A stretch of 64,000 nt of DNA from an uncultured Ignavibacteriales bacterium. Lineage in GTDB: Bacteria > Zixibacteria > MSB-5A5 > GN15 > FEB-12. Under the pieces are notes generated by a model. It was given only the letters and a program-made list of their open reading frames with translations, ran no database searches and was not told the DNA's origin. The DNA is taken from the NCBI GenBank assembly GCA_964520865.1, contig CAZFOY010000002.1, positions 2,278 to 66,277 of the forward strand. Direction: 5' to 3'. Below, piece by piece: positions 27,199 through 37,483 of the stretch. Both the position numbers and the translations under genes were made by a program. The number at the start of each line of letters is the position of its first letter. Position 1 is the first letter of the stretch.

Positions 27199-28929
27199 TC
27201 AGATCCTGAACTGCGCAACCATCTCCTTCATACCTTCGGCCTGTCGATTGAGTTCTTCGGCCGCCGCCGCCGACTGTTCAGCTCCAGTTGCAGTCTCCTT
27301 TGTAACCGAGGAGATGTGCTCGATATTCCGGGAGATCTGCTCGGCCGCAGAAGACTGCTCTTCGGTAGCCGTCGCGATCTGTTGAACCATATCCATCACC
27401 CGCTGCGACATCGCAACGATCTCGGTCAGACTGCCGCCGGCTTTGTCGGCGAGTTGACGACCATTGTCCACTTCGGTAATTCCTGCTTCCATGGAGTGAA
27501 CGGCATCGGTCGTTTCATTCTGGATCCCCTTGATCATGTCGGTGATCTCGCCGGTCGCTTTGCCCGTTCGTTCGGCGAGCTTGCGCACTTCGTCGGCAAC
27601 GACGGCGAATCCGCGGCCCTGTTCGCCTGCTCGGGCGGCTTCGATCGCCGCATTCAACGCCAGCAGATTTGTCTGGTCGGCAATGTCATCGATGACGCTG
27701 ATTATCTCGCCGATCTGGTCGGCCGATTTCGCAAGTTTGCCGATCGAGTCCGAGGAGAGGCGGACAACTTCGGCGATCCGCTGCATGCCGTGAATCGTAT
27801 CCCCGACAATCTGTCCGCCCTGGGTGGCGTTATCCGAGGCGTTCTTCGCGCCATCCGAAGCTTCGGAAGCATTCCGTGAGGATTCGACGATCGTCACGGT
27901 CATCTCTTCGACCGCGCTCGAGATCTGTCCTATCTGACCGGCCTGCTGTTGGGCTCCCTTGGACATCTGTTCCGAGGAGGAGGAGATCTCACTTGCCGCC
28001 GAAACCAACTGGGTGGCATTGTCATTCAGCTGGCGAACCATCTGTTTCAGATTCGTCGTCATCTTGTTCAGAGAAATAGCGATCTGGTCCTTCGCCGAGA
28101 TTGTTTCTTCGACCGCCTTAACCAGCGTGCCCACTTCGTCACTTGAGTACTTTCCTATCTTCACGATTTCCGATTGTCGGACCTGATGAGTGAGGTCGTT
28201 GGATGCTACCGCATCGACGACTCCGACGAAGTCATGGAACTCGGCGTTCATCTGGTTGCTCAGTTCCACTACCTTTTGAATCGGTTTCGAGATCCGTCGG
28301 GCAATGACCCAGCCGATGAGGGTGCCGACCACGAGCGCTACAATTCCGAGAGTCATGATCAGCTGGAAAGCGCTTGCTTCGTGATGTTCGGCTCCGACCG
28401 TGACGCTATCCAGTCCGTGCGATACTTTGGCCAGGACATTCTCCACCTCCGTATCGAAATTGTCGGCGTTCTTGAGAACTCGTTCGAAGAAGTCTTTGAA
28501 TTCGGAGTTGTCGTTGGACTTCTCCGCCATTTGTATCAATCGTTGGGCACTGTCGTCAAAAGTAGTGTAATCGGCTTCGAGTTTCTTGAGGGCATCGAGC
28601 AGTCCAAGCGAAGTCAGATTCTTGCTGCTCGCGATCATCGACTCGGCCTCATCCAATTCCTGTTTGAGTTCTTTTCCCTTTTCTTCGTAAGTGTTGAGTT
28701 CTTCCGGCTGCCGGTCGAGCAGGTATCCTCTCAAGTTGCTTTCCTGGGTGAGGGCCGCTGCCTCGGCGTTGGTGATTTTCTCGTTTAGCGGTACGTAAGA
28801 TGTAGCTATCTCGGTCACGGCGTCGCCGATGAGCCCCATCTTCCAGTCCGAGACGAGAATCGTGATTGCAAGTACTGCTAATACGAAGCAGAACCCGGCC
28901 AGGATTTTTCCACCGATCTTCATTTTCAT
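27199..28929 (-). CDS. methyl-accepting chemotaxis protein (2 TM, periplasmic helical sensor, HAMP, MCP signalling domain)
   Basis: Highly conserved signalling hairpin [35 protein letters not shown]. Confidence 0.9.
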   Translation of the reverse strand: MKMKIGGKILAGFCFVLAVLAITILVSDWKMGLIGDAVTEIATSYVPLNEKITNAEAAALTQESNLRGYLLDRQPEELNTYEEKGKELKQELDEAESMIASSKNLTSLGLLDALKKLEADYTTFDDSAQRLIQMAEKSNDNSEFKDFFERVLKNADNFDTEVENVLAKVSHGLDSVTVGAEHHEASAFQLIMTLGIVALVVGTLIGWVIARRISKPIQKVVELSNQMNAEFHDFVGVVDAVASNDLTHQVRQSEIVKIGKYSSDEVGTLVKAVEETISAKDQIAISLNKMTTNLKQMVRQLNDNATQLVSAASEISSSSEQMSKGAQQQAGQIGQISSAVEEMTVTIVESSRNASEASDGAKNASDNATQGGQIVGDTIHGMQRIAEVVRLSSDSIGKLAKSADQIGEIISVIDDIADQTNLLALNAAIEAARAGEQGRGFAVVADEVRKLAERTGKATGEITDMIKGIQNETTDAVHSMEAGITEVDNGRQLADKAGGSLTEIVAMSQRVMDMVQQIATATEEQSSAAEQISRNIEHISSVTKETATGAEQSAAAAEELNRQAEGMKEMVAQFRI

Positions 28930-29452
28930 GACGGTGTCTCCTTGTTGCAGAATTTCAAAACATGCGGCCGGCCCGGCAGGATGTTGATCGGACTTCAGGT
29001 GCCCAGTTTTTGCCGATTGGGAACCACCGAGGAATGTCTGCCCACCTCTGGGTCGTACCTACACTATTTGCGGTGGTGGAGAAAAGTGCCCGGATTCTGT
29101 TTCCGTTCCAACGCTGGCTTTCAAATGTCAGACTCTGAATCGGCGCGCTACCGGCGTTGCGAGTCGGACGTACCGATCGAATATCGGAATAGAATGATTT
29201 GGTAAGTTTGCATGCCCGCCTATCAAATCTCCTTGTCTTCCGGTGATTGTAGATCCCGGCTTGACTCTAAATCTTATCGTCACATACCCGGATTCGATAA
29301 TGAGGCTTTTTGTGGGCACGGGGGAGTAAGATATCTACTTAGTGCACGTCGCCCTCTCGTCATGAAAGCATACGCGGCAGAGTCATAACCCTGTGGATAT
29401 AAGGACAAAACGGAGCAGAAGATGCTATGAAATGGACCGTAAGGGGATTCGG

Positions 29453-31315
29453 CTACATCGAATTCAGAAATCCGACGAGATTGACCTGCTTATTGTTTAC
29501 GCCCAGCTTGTTTCTGATCTGCTGTCGGAATTTGTGTACCGTCAGAAGGGAGATATTGAGGGTGTTGGCAATATCCTTGGAAGAAAAGCCGCTCTTGATC
29601 ATCTTGCAGATCTCAACCTCGCGAGGGGACAGCTTGGCGTACTGCTTTTCAAGCCGGTTGATGAAAGGGGAAGTGATGTCATTGAGGCACGATTCGAGAA
29701 AGTGAAGGTATGATTTGTTGGTGTCATCGGCTCGTTCGTAGAGAGTCTGCAGAACGGGCACGATAAGCCGGTCGACGTTTGCCTGGATCTGACGCTTGAT
29801 CTGTTCTTTCTCGTCGCCGATCTGCAGCAGGATTTCCTTCAAAGCCGAGTTCTTTTCCTCCAGCACCTGTTCTTCCCGCGCAAGCTTTTCGTTGGTAGCC
29901 TGGAGTTCCTCTTCAATCTGCATGCGTGAAGTTATATCTCGGCACTGAAGCAGCGAATAGTGCTCCCGGTGGACCGTGATGGAGGTTACCGATGATTCGA
30001 AATCAACGAATTCTCCATTGGCATTCTCGCACCGCCAGATGAAATCACCTGCCCAGTCGCGTGATTCCGAGGCGGCGTTGAGCGCTTCCCGGGCGGATCT
30101 TCGGTCGCCGGGATGGACCCGTTTGACGAGAGCCTCGAGATCCGAGGGACAGAACCCGAAGAAGCTGAGGCAGGAGGGGTTGGCCATGAGGATCTTGCCT
30201 TGACTATCGATCATCACAATCATCTCCCGGGAATTATTGAAGATCAGCCGAAGTCTCTCTTCGCCCGTGCGCAGATGAGAGAGCTGTTCCTCCGTACCGG
30301 TAATATCCCTGAAGCCTGCTACAACGCCGGTCACGTGGGAGGCAACATCGTGAAGAGGATAGAGGACAAGTTCAAGGGTCCCGGCGGTTGTTCTTCCCAA
30401 CAGGCCGGTCGGGGATTGAAGCCGATGGATTTCGAGGTTCAGGCGAATACTCCTGCCTTCGTGAAAGACCTGCTCGACAGTTTCGTCGAATCCGAGCTCA
30501 TGGATCGCCTGATCGAGCAGGATATTGAAGCTTCGCTCGTTTTCACTGAGATTGAAGAACCGGACGCAGGCATTGTTCATCCAGACGGTGCTTCCGTCCC
30601 GGTCGGTAATGAGATACGGATCAGGAGCCTGTCGGAGGGCATCGACCGAAGCTTCGCCTTGAGGATCACTTGACGAAGTAGATCGACCAAGCAGGTCCGG
30701 GTGTTTTGAAAGGGAAGCAGCGATCGAGGAGACGAGCGTACGATCTAGGTCGGTCCAGGGCTCACCTTCGGTCGTCCTGACACAACCGACGATAGCGGAC
30801 AGGTTATCGCCGTCGCAGATGCCGGCGCAGATCACCGCTTTGGTCCCCCTCGTTTCCAAAATCGCCTTGAGCCCGAACGCTTCTTTCGGTAATTCGGTCA
30901 ATGATTCGAAAGCCAGCGTCCTGCTCTCCTCCAATCGGTCAACTATCCATTGAACCGTGGCCGCGGGCACCTGGTCGATACCGATGGCGTGTTTCTCGAC
31001 CGATGACTGATACCAGCCGTAAGTACGGTCGAAGAATCTCCCATCATCGGAGAGCTGAAAAATGAGGCACTTTTCGGATCTGGTCAGCGTACACAATTCA
31101 CGCAGAACGTTTTCGATGTGTGCGCCATTCGGGTGTTTCGACAGATCGAGCAGGGCGCTCGTAAGGTCAATGAGCCAGTTCTCATCGCACCGGGCGATGT
31201 CGGAGGCTGGAGCCGGGCTTGACTCCGGACCTCTCGTAAACTGCATCTTTTGAGAAACTCTCGGCTTTCTGTCCTTCGTCGTTGGCACTATTGAGCTTCC
31301 GCCTGTCTTGCGCAA
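29453..31315 (-). CDS. GAF/PAS sensor LuxR-family transcriptional regulator
   Basis: C-terminal LuxR/GerE HTH (LSPREVEICKMIKSGFSSKDIANTLNISLLTVHKFRQQIRNKLG). Upstream PAS-like repeats and a coiled coil. The track start is TTG; an ATG alternative lies at 31246. Confidence 0.85.
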   Translation of the reverse strand: MRKTGGSSIVPTTKDRKPRVSQKMQFTRGPESSPAPASDIARCDENWLIDLTSALLDLSKHPNGAHIENVLRELCTLTRSEKCLIFQLSDDGRFFDRTYGWYQSSVEKHAIGIDQVPAATVQWIVDRLEESRTLAFESLTELPKEAFGLKAILETRGTKAVICAGICDGDNLSAIVGCVRTTEGEPWTDLDRTLVSSIAASLSKHPDLLGRSTSSSDPQGEASVDALRQAPDPYLITDRDGSTVWMNNACVRFFNLSENERSFNILLDQAIHELGFDETVEQVFHEGRSIRLNLEIHRLQSPTGLLGRTTAGTLELVLYPLHDVASHVTGVVAGFRDITGTEEQLSHLRTGEERLRLIFNNSREMIVMIDSQGKILMANPSCLSFFGFCPSDLEALVKRVHPGDRRSAREALNAASESRDWAGDFIWRCENANGEFVDFESSVTSITVHREHYSLLQCRDITSRMQIEEELQATNEKLAREEQVLEEKNSALKEILLQIGDEKEQIKRQIQANVDRLIVPVLQTLYERADDTNKSYLHFLESCLNDITSPFINRLEKQYAKLSPREVEICKMIKSGFSSKDIANTLNISLLTVHKFRQQIRNKLGVNNKQVNLVGFLNSM

Positions 31316-31611
31316 TCCAAATAGGTTTACTACTGTTTCCTATTCTTATCGGCCGAAGTGTGCAGATTCTAAACAGTTGCTGAAGATATCTGCGGTGCTT
31401 CCAACACCGGGTACCGAGGATGTGAGTCAAAAAAAGGTGGTGGAAAGGTCAAACCTATGGCCCGATAAGCTGTAAAACAGTTGAGAAAAGAGACTGGTAC
31501 GAGAAACAGGAGCCGGAAATCAAACACTCGAAATCACACGACCTTTCTTTGCAGGCACGGAACGGCTTGCTTGAAGCGGTGCGCTCAAAAGGCAGGGCAA
31601 CTCTGCCCCGC

Positions 31612-32667
31612 ATGCTGATTCTTGCCCCCGAATCGGGCCAGGATTTTCTCGATATCGATAAAGTGTTGCGGATCAATAGCTTGATTAATGAATCGGGGAG
31701 TTGTGCCGAAGTGATCCGGGTCGCACCATCGACCTCGGCAAGAGATGAGGTAAGCGCATCCGTCTCAGCCCTGTGGAGGAGGCGTGGTGAATTCTCGGTT
31801 ATCCGCTCGCTGCTCCGAAAGATCGGCTCATTTGATGTTGTCTTTATCGAGTACACAACGGGAATGTCGTTCCTGAGACTGGTGCTTCCGGCTATCCTGC
31901 TGGCCAAGTTCTTTGGAAAGAAAGTGGTGTTGAATTACCGTCACTACGCAGCCTTCGCAAGGCTCTACGACGGCGGCCCAATTCAAAATCGCCTGTTTGG
32001 CCTGTGTGACCGAGTTTTGGTGCTTTCCGACTTCCAGCATCACCGGCTCGAGAGATTCAGGCTTCGCAGCGGCTTCCTGCCGGAGTATTTGCGCGCCGGA
32101 CCTTCAGAACCGAAAAAGATCGAATCACTGCAGCCAAGGATATTGGTGGCCGGTCCCATTGAGAAGATTAGCAATTTGATCTGCGTGCTGAAGGCATATC
32201 GTCTGGTCAAGCAGAAATATCCGAGAACCGAACTGGTCATAGCCGGCGATGGGACAAGGAAACGGTCGCTGATGGCGCTCATAGATCGGGAGAAGATCCC
32301 CGGAGTGACTTTCCGTTCACTCCGTACACTGGACGAATTGAATGAACTTTACGGCGAAGCGGATCTGTTCGTGAACTGCTCATATTTGGATTATCTTCCC
32401 GCCACGATGATCGAGGCAGCGGCTCACGGGCTTCCGATCATCTCGACACCATCGGTGAGTGTCCTGGAGTCATTTTGTGAGGGGGAGAGCGTTTTGTTCG
32501 GCCGACACAACGATCATGTGTCCTTGTCGGACAAGATCATAGAGCTGGTCGAAAATCCTCAGCTGGTGCAGAAGCTCTGCGGACACGCAGGACGTGTCGT
32601 CGAGAATTTCCGCTGGGAGAAAGTACGTCCCGGCTGGCACTCCCTGCTCTCCCAAATAACCGAATAG
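31612..32667 (+). CDS. glycosyltransferase family 4 (GT-B fold)
   Basis: C-terminal GT1/GT4 motif EADLFVNCSYLDYLPATMIEAAAHGLPIIST. I prefer the ATG at 31612 (MLILAPESG...) over the TTG at 31549. Confidence 0.8.
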   Translation: MLILAPESGQDFLDIDKVLRINSLINESGSCAEVIRVAPSTSARDEVSASVSALWRRRGEFSVIRSLLRKIGSFDVVFIEYTTGMSFLRLVLPAILLAKFFGKKVVLNYRHYAAFARLYDGGPIQNRLFGLCDRVLVLSDFQHHRLERFRLRSGFLPEYLRAGPSEPKKIESLQPRILVAGPIEKISNLICVLKAYRLVKQKYPRTELVIAGDGTRKRSLMALIDREKIPGVTFRSLRTLDELNELYGEADLFVNCSYLDYLPATMIEAAAHGLPIISTPSVSVLESFCEGESVLFGRHNDHVSLSDKIIELVENPQLVQKLCGHAGRVVENFRWEKVRPGWHSLLSQITE

Positions 32668-32817
32668 GTTGCCATTTCCTAACCGAGGCCCGAGATATCA
32701 GTCAGCTTTTTTGTTTTGCTGTCCTCCGGTCGCTTCATATATTCCGTACACAAACAACCGCAAATTGAACTCGTTCAGCCGCAATCGGGCTGAGAGACTG
32801 AACATAAGGATGCTCTT

Positions 32818-33831
32818 GTGATGGCCGAAATCGAATCGAAGTACGACCTGGCGGTAGTAATGCCGGTCCGCAACGAAGAGAAGTTCCTCGGACAGACCCT
32901 CGATCAGCTCTATTTGCAGGATTTTCCGATGGATCGACTTGAGGTCGTGATTTCCGAAGGAGGTTCGACCGACCGGACCCGGGAAATTGCCGAATCCTAC
33001 AAGAGCAGATTCGGATCTCTTAAGATACTCGATAATCCGCGACGTCTGCCGTCGAGCGGGCGAAATGTCGGGGTCAAAAACTCGACTGCGCCTTATATCG
33101 TCGTCATTGACGGACACACCTACATTCCGAACAAGAGCTTTCTGAAGGATATTCTTGAAATATTCAAACGGACAGGGGCCCAGTGTCTTTGTCGTCCTCA
33201 ACCGTTGAATCCGCCGGACATCAACGAATTTCAGACGGCGGTGGCACTCTGTCGGAGTTCGTCGCTCGGACACAAGCCGGGCTCGGAAATTTATTCAGAA
33301 GCCGAAGGGGAAGTAGACCCGACATCTTCGGGGGCGATGTACGTGCGCCCTGTCTTCGATCAAATCGGGTATTTCGATGAGTCATTCGACGCCTGTGAAG
33401 ACGTCGATTTTAACTACCGGGTCAAGCTGGCCGGCTTGAGTTCGTTTCTTTCGCCGAAACTCAAAGTGTATTACTACCCTCGGGCGACTATCCGTGGTCT
33501 CTGGCGCCAGATGGGAAGGTACGGGCGAGGGAGATTCAGGTTTTCACGCAAGTATAAGATATTTTCGCCGGTGCAATGGTTCGCGGCGATGGGCGTGCTC
33601 GGCTTCGGACTCATGCTTGTCCTGTCGTTCCTTTTCGCTCCGATCTTTCAGGTGTTCAAGACAGTCACTGCCCTGTACATCCTGGTCGTGCTTCTTTACT
33701 CGTTCGCCCTGGCCCTGAGGGAGAAGCAGTTGGCGTGTCTGCTCTACGGACCGTTGATCTTTCCCACCGTGCACTTCGGACTCGGTTTCGGCTTTCTCAA
33801 AGAGATGGTCGATCAGTTCAAGCGAAAATAG
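32818..33831 (+). CDS. glycosyltransferase family 2 with C-terminal TM helices
   Basis: LAVVMPVRNEEKFLGQTLDQL...EGGSTDRT GT-A N-terminal signature. DxD-like VVIDGH. Confidence 0.85.
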   Translation: MMAEIESKYDLAVVMPVRNEEKFLGQTLDQLYLQDFPMDRLEVVISEGGSTDRTREIAESYKSRFGSLKILDNPRRLPSSGRNVGVKNSTAPYIVVIDGHTYIPNKSFLKDILEIFKRTGAQCLCRPQPLNPPDINEFQTAVALCRSSSLGHKPGSEIYSEAEGEVDPTSSGAMYVRPVFDQIGYFDESFDACEDVDFNYRVKLAGLSSFLSPKLKVYYYPRATIRGLWRQMGRYGRGRFRFSRKYKIFSPVQWFAAMGVLGFGLMLVLSFLFAPIFQVFKTVTALYILVVLLYSFALALREKQLACLLYGPLIFPTVHFGLGFGFLKEMVDQFKRK

Positions 33832-33860
33832 ATCCTAATTAGACTCAGGGAGGCAGCGAT

Positions 33861-35096
33861 ATGCCGTCGATGTACAGTTATAGCTCTCTGGAAACGTTTC
33901 GCATCTGCCCCAAGAAGTTTCAGTTTACTTATATTGACAAAGTTCCGGTAGAGGAGAAAGTCGCGGCTGACACATATCTGGGCAGCGCGGTTCATCGCGC
34001 GTTGCGCAAGCTCTATACGGCCGGCGCCGACGGCGTGCTCATTCCGCTCGATGACATTGTAAAGTTTTATCGCTCCGAATGGAATAAGCTGTCCCGCGAA
34101 CTGATCTCCGTCACTTCGGATTTCTACACGGTTGACGATTATATTCGAATTGGCGAGGAGATGTTGGCCAGACACTACGAGAAGCATAAACCGTTCAATC
34201 AGGGGACCTTGCTTGGGGCCGAGATGCATCTTGTCTGCACTTTACCGGACACGCCGTTCAAGTTTCGCTGCTATATCGACCGACTGTGGAAAAAGGAATC
34301 CGGTGAAGTCGAGATTTGCGACTTCAAGACCGGCCAGACCCTGGCGCGACCGCAGGATCCGAAATTCTTTTTCCAGATGGGGATCTATCAACTGGCGGTG
34401 CAACAAAACTTTCCTAAATACCAGGACATCTTGGTCGCTCAGTATTTCCTTCGTAAAGACGAGATAGTTTCTTATCGCATGTCGCCGGAGGAGATCGCTC
34501 AGCTGGTCGAGCAGCTGCGGCAGGCCGTTCTTGCCAGCCTTCAGGCCACGAAGTTAGGCGAGTTTCCGGCTCAGGAGGGGACCCACTGCAATTATTGTGA
34601 TTACGTGAGCGTGTGCCCCGCCAAGAAGCATCGCAAGCTTCTCGATGAAGAAGCTGCATCCGGAGGAAGTGTCGACGCGGAGAAGCTCAGGGAATTGGCG
34701 AATCGCTATATCGAGAAAAATCAGGAAAGCAAGACGATAAAGTCGGAGCTCGATTCTCTCAAGGCGGAACTTCTGGAAATCGCCCGCGAGCAGGATATGT
34801 CCGTTTTCGAAGGGGACACCGGGCGGGTTTCGGTGAAGGTCAACACCCGTGAGAAGTTCGTAACCAAGTCTGAAGATGAACAGGCGTTCGCCGACCTGAA
34901 TGCGACAGCCCGGGAACTCAGACTCGATGATTACTTTGTGGTCGACTCCACCAGCCTTCTCAAAGACGTGTACCTCAAGAAGATGCTGCCCCAAGATCAG
35001 CTCGACAAGCTCTCGCGGTTCGTCATGCGTAAGGACGAGCCTCGGGTGACTATCAAGCGCACCCATCAATCGGACAAGGACGAAGATATCGTCTGA
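33861..35096 (+). CDS. PD-(D/E)XK nuclease, Cas4/AddB-like with Fe-S cysteines and a C-terminal coiled-coil extension
   Basis: Motifs YIDRLW...GEVEICDFKTG (D...ExK) and QMGIYQLAV (QxxxY). Cys16 plus CNYCDYVSVCP (CX2CX5C), as in Cas4/AddB iron-staple nucleases. Confidence 0.8.
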   Translation: MPSMYSYSSLETFRICPKKFQFTYIDKVPVEEKVAADTYLGSAVHRALRKLYTAGADGVLIPLDDIVKFYRSEWNKLSRELISVTSDFYTVDDYIRIGEEMLARHYEKHKPFNQGTLLGAEMHLVCTLPDTPFKFRCYIDRLWKKESGEVEICDFKTGQTLARPQDPKFFFQMGIYQLAVQQNFPKYQDILVAQYFLRKDEIVSYRMSPEEIAQLVEQLRQAVLASLQATKLGEFPAQEGTHCNYCDYVSVCPAKKHRKLLDEEAASGGSVDAEKLRELANRYIEKNQESKTIKSELDSLKAELLEIAREQDMSVFEGDTGRVSVKVNTREKFVTKSEDEQAFADLNATARELRLDDYFVVDSTSLLKDVYLKKMLPQDQLDKLSRFVMRKDEPRVTIKRTHQSDKDEDIV

Positions 35097-35126
35097 AAAG
35101 TCAAAGGACGTGGGAAGTGAAAAGGA

Positions 35127-35151
35127 AAAGCCCGACCGAAGGTCGGGCTTT
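35127..35151. terminator. bidirectional Rho-independent terminator (AAAGCCCGACC gaa GGTCGGGCTTT)
   Basis: 11-bp perfect stem with a 3-nt loop. T-rich on the plus side, A-rich before the stem. Lies between convergent genes. Confidence 0.65.
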
Positions 35152-35178
35152 CTTCATTTCTAATATGAAGGAACGATA

Positions 35179-35757
35179 TTAGTCGACCTGTTTCGCTACG
35201 AAGGCAGGGCGAATCTCGATGATCTCCCGGTTGGCTATCGGAATGGTGTCCGGAGTGGCCCCTCCCTGCACAGTCGAGGCTATGACCAGCAGAGAGTTGT
35301 TGGGGTTGGTCGTAGTGGTGTCAACATCGAGTTTCTCGATCGGCTTCTTGTCCAGCGACGATACAAATACGGTTACCAGTCGTCCACTGCCTGCATCGAG
35401 TATCTTATGGGTCGGTCCGAGATTGGCGATCATGCCAAGCGTGACACATTGAATCGCGGTATCAGCCCGCATCCCCTTGTAGTCGAAAGTCTCTACCCGG
35501 CCACCCGTATAGATGGCTGAGTCGGCTACTACCCGGGTCATGCCTGCCGTCATCCTTAGCGGCACTGACAGACCCACGACCGATTCGTCGTTGGTGCAGC
35601 TGATAGTAATCGTCCAGTTGTTATCGTTGATTTTCGCGACATCGGCATACACGGTGTCAATCTTCCCGAAGTTGTCGACCTGGGCGGCCGCCAGGGCAGG
35701 CAGGATTACCACCGATGCTACAAGCATCAAGAGAGAGATCGTCCGTAAGCGTTTCAT
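35179..35757 (-). CDS. secreted hypothetical protein (beta-rich, 192 aa)
   Basis: Signal peptide ...ILPALAAA/QV. No motif I can name. Confidence 0.55.
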   Translation of the reverse strand: MKRLRTISLLMLVASVVILPALAAAQVDNFGKIDTVYADVAKINDNNWTITISCTNDESVVGLSVPLRMTAGMTRVVADSAIYTGGRVETFDYKGMRADTAIQCVTLGMIANLGPTHKILDAGSGRLVTVFVSSLDKKPIEKLDVDTTTTNPNNSLLVIASTVQGGATPDTIPIANREIIEIRPAFVAKQVD

Positions 35758-35802
35758 TTTTCCTCCATCCTCGTTAAATACAAGCGCCTTGTCTTGTACC
35801 CT

Positions 35803-37311
35803 CTATTTGTCAAAAAGATCCTCGCCGGTTGTGTCTTCGCCGATTGTCGTCAGGGAAGATTGAAGAATGGCTCTAAGAGAATCTGCCTTCTGAGGGTTAT
35901 TCAATTGTGTACGATATATTTCGGAAGCTTCGGCCAGGGCACTGCTCCCCTGACTGGTCCGTGGAAATTTGTTGAACACGGTCTGAAGTGTCTGGGCCGT
36001 TTTGGTCCAGTTCTTATCGAGACGGTATAGGTCTGCTTTATATAGCAGGGCGCGAGCCTCGTCCTGTCGACCCGCTCCACTTGATTCCAGGGCGCTGAAA
36101 TACTGCTCGGCATCTTTGTGCCACTTGTCCGCTTCGGCCGTCCGGCCGTGATCTCGGAAGTACTTTACGAGGTACAGGTAGGTCTGCATCGCCTCTTCAG
36201 AATAGCGGTATTTCTCTATCAGCAGGTCGTACTCGTTTTGAGCCAGGTTCCACTTGCCATCCAGTTCATACGCCCTCGCATATGTATATTGTACTGCCGG
36301 TGTGGCGGCGTAGTAGTCAGGGAACATCTTCTTGATCATGTCGATCTGAGCCCGGGCTTCGGCATACTTCTTCTGATCCATGTTGAGGATCGCTATTTTG
36401 AACTGAACTTCCGGCTTCATTGCCGAGTCTTCCGGTTTGAGCCGGTCGAGCGTTTCGTTGTAGAGCGCCATGGCGGTGTCGAACTTGCCCAGTTGTCCAC
36501 CGTAGATATCGGCCTTACGGATGAGTATCGTCAGATAGCTCGGCTTGGAAGGATCTGCAATCGCGTTCAGTTCGGCAATCTCCTTCCGCCATTGCCTTGA
36601 ATCATCATACATGCTGGCGAGATTCGAATGGCTGGCAATTGCCACTTTAGTCCCCGGATAATCGGTTACCAGATTGCGATAATAGTTCTCAGCCTGGTTG
36701 AATCGATTCTGGGCCGCCGACGTGTCCCTGAGATAGCTGAGCACGCGGTAGATATGTGTCGGTAAGTTGAAGACCGGGAAGATAATTTCACCGGCCTTGT
36801 CAAGCGGCGGATAGAATCTCTCGATAGCGTTGTCATAAACGGCCAGGGCAGAGTCCCACATATTGGACGACTGCAGTGTCTGGCCAAGGTTAATGTATGC
36901 GTTGGCAAGTTGTGCTCCGGAAAGACTCAGCGTGTTGAGCATTCGGTTAAACAACAGAATGCAACTGTCCGCCTGACCACTCGAGTAGTACAACTGGCCA
37001 AGGCGATTCGAGGTCTGGTATGCGAGGTATGTCAGTTCATTGTACTCGACCGGATACCGCATGCTGTCCGTCGACTTGAGCGAACTGATGCAGAACGCGA
37101 GCAGGTTGCGGTATTCGCCGGATACTTGCGCTAACGTCGATGGTGTGAGATTCGGGTTTAGGGCCAGTACATTCTTCAGCGCCCGCTCGGCCCGATCAAA
37201 CCGCTTCTCTGCTTCGTAACGTGAGCGAAGCGCCGGATTGTCCGAGCAGGACGACAGAGCCGCAAGGATAAGGAGACCTAATACAATTTTGAAGCCGGAC
37301 GTTTTTCTCAT
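35803..37311 (-). CDS. TPR-repeat lipoprotein
   Basis: The internal ATG at 37311 gives MRKTSGFKIVLGLLILAALSSC (lipobox). The body is repeated TPR-like helices. The 72-aa track extension crosses a terminator. Confidence 0.8.
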   Translation of the reverse strand: MRKTSGFKIVLGLLILAALSSCSDNPALRSRYEAEKRFDRAERALKNVLALNPNLTPSTLAQVSGEYRNLLAFCISSLKSTDSMRYPVEYNELTYLAYQTSNRLGQLYYSSGQADSCILLFNRMLNTLSLSGAQLANAYINLGQTLQSSNMWDSALAVYDNAIERFYPPLDKAGEIIFPVFNLPTHIYRVLSYLRDTSAAQNRFNQAENYYRNLVTDYPGTKVAIASHSNLASMYDDSRQWRKEIAELNAIADPSKPSYLTILIRKADIYGGQLGKFDTAMALYNETLDRLKPEDSAMKPEVQFKIAILNMDQKKYAEARAQIDMIKKMFPDYYAATPAVQYTYARAYELDGKWNLAQNEYDLLIEKYRYSEEAMQTYLYLVKYFRDHGRTAEADKWHKDAEQYFSALESSGAGRQDEARALLYKADLYRLDKNWTKTAQTLQTVFNKFPRTSQGSSALAEASEIYRTQLNNPQKADSLRAILQSSLTTIGEDTTGEDLFDK

Positions 37312-37434
37312 GATAGTTGTATCGGAAATTGATGATGTCTTGTATACACTTAGGCGAATATAGAAGAATCCAAAACGGGGTACAAGGCAATTTTCCGGTT
37401 TTCTGCACTGTCGGTCGCGCCCCGGCCAATAAAA

Positions 37435-37457
37435 AAACCCGCCTTGAAGGCGGGTTT
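37435..37457 (-). terminator. Rho-independent terminator after the PEP-CTERM gene
   Basis: aaacccgcc ttgaa ggcgggttt. On the minus strand it is followed by a T7-8 run. Confidence 0.7.
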
Positions 37458-37483
37458 TGTACAGGAAATTCAGGACGAATTGT

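Noticed and set aside
29160-29200. Sigma28-like CCGATAT element (minus strand) in the 520-bp spacer upstream of the MCP gene
   Set aside because: There is no matching TAAA -35 box at the correct spacing, and it lies about 250 nt from the MCP start. The 63-87-aa ORFs in this spacer have no RBS or motif.
31283-31298. TGGCAC followed by TATTGAGCTT (sigma54-like -24 box)
   Set aside because: The GC of the would-be -12 element is one nucleotide too close. The site lies inside or at the start of the LuxR-type coding region and 265-330 nt from the GT4 start.
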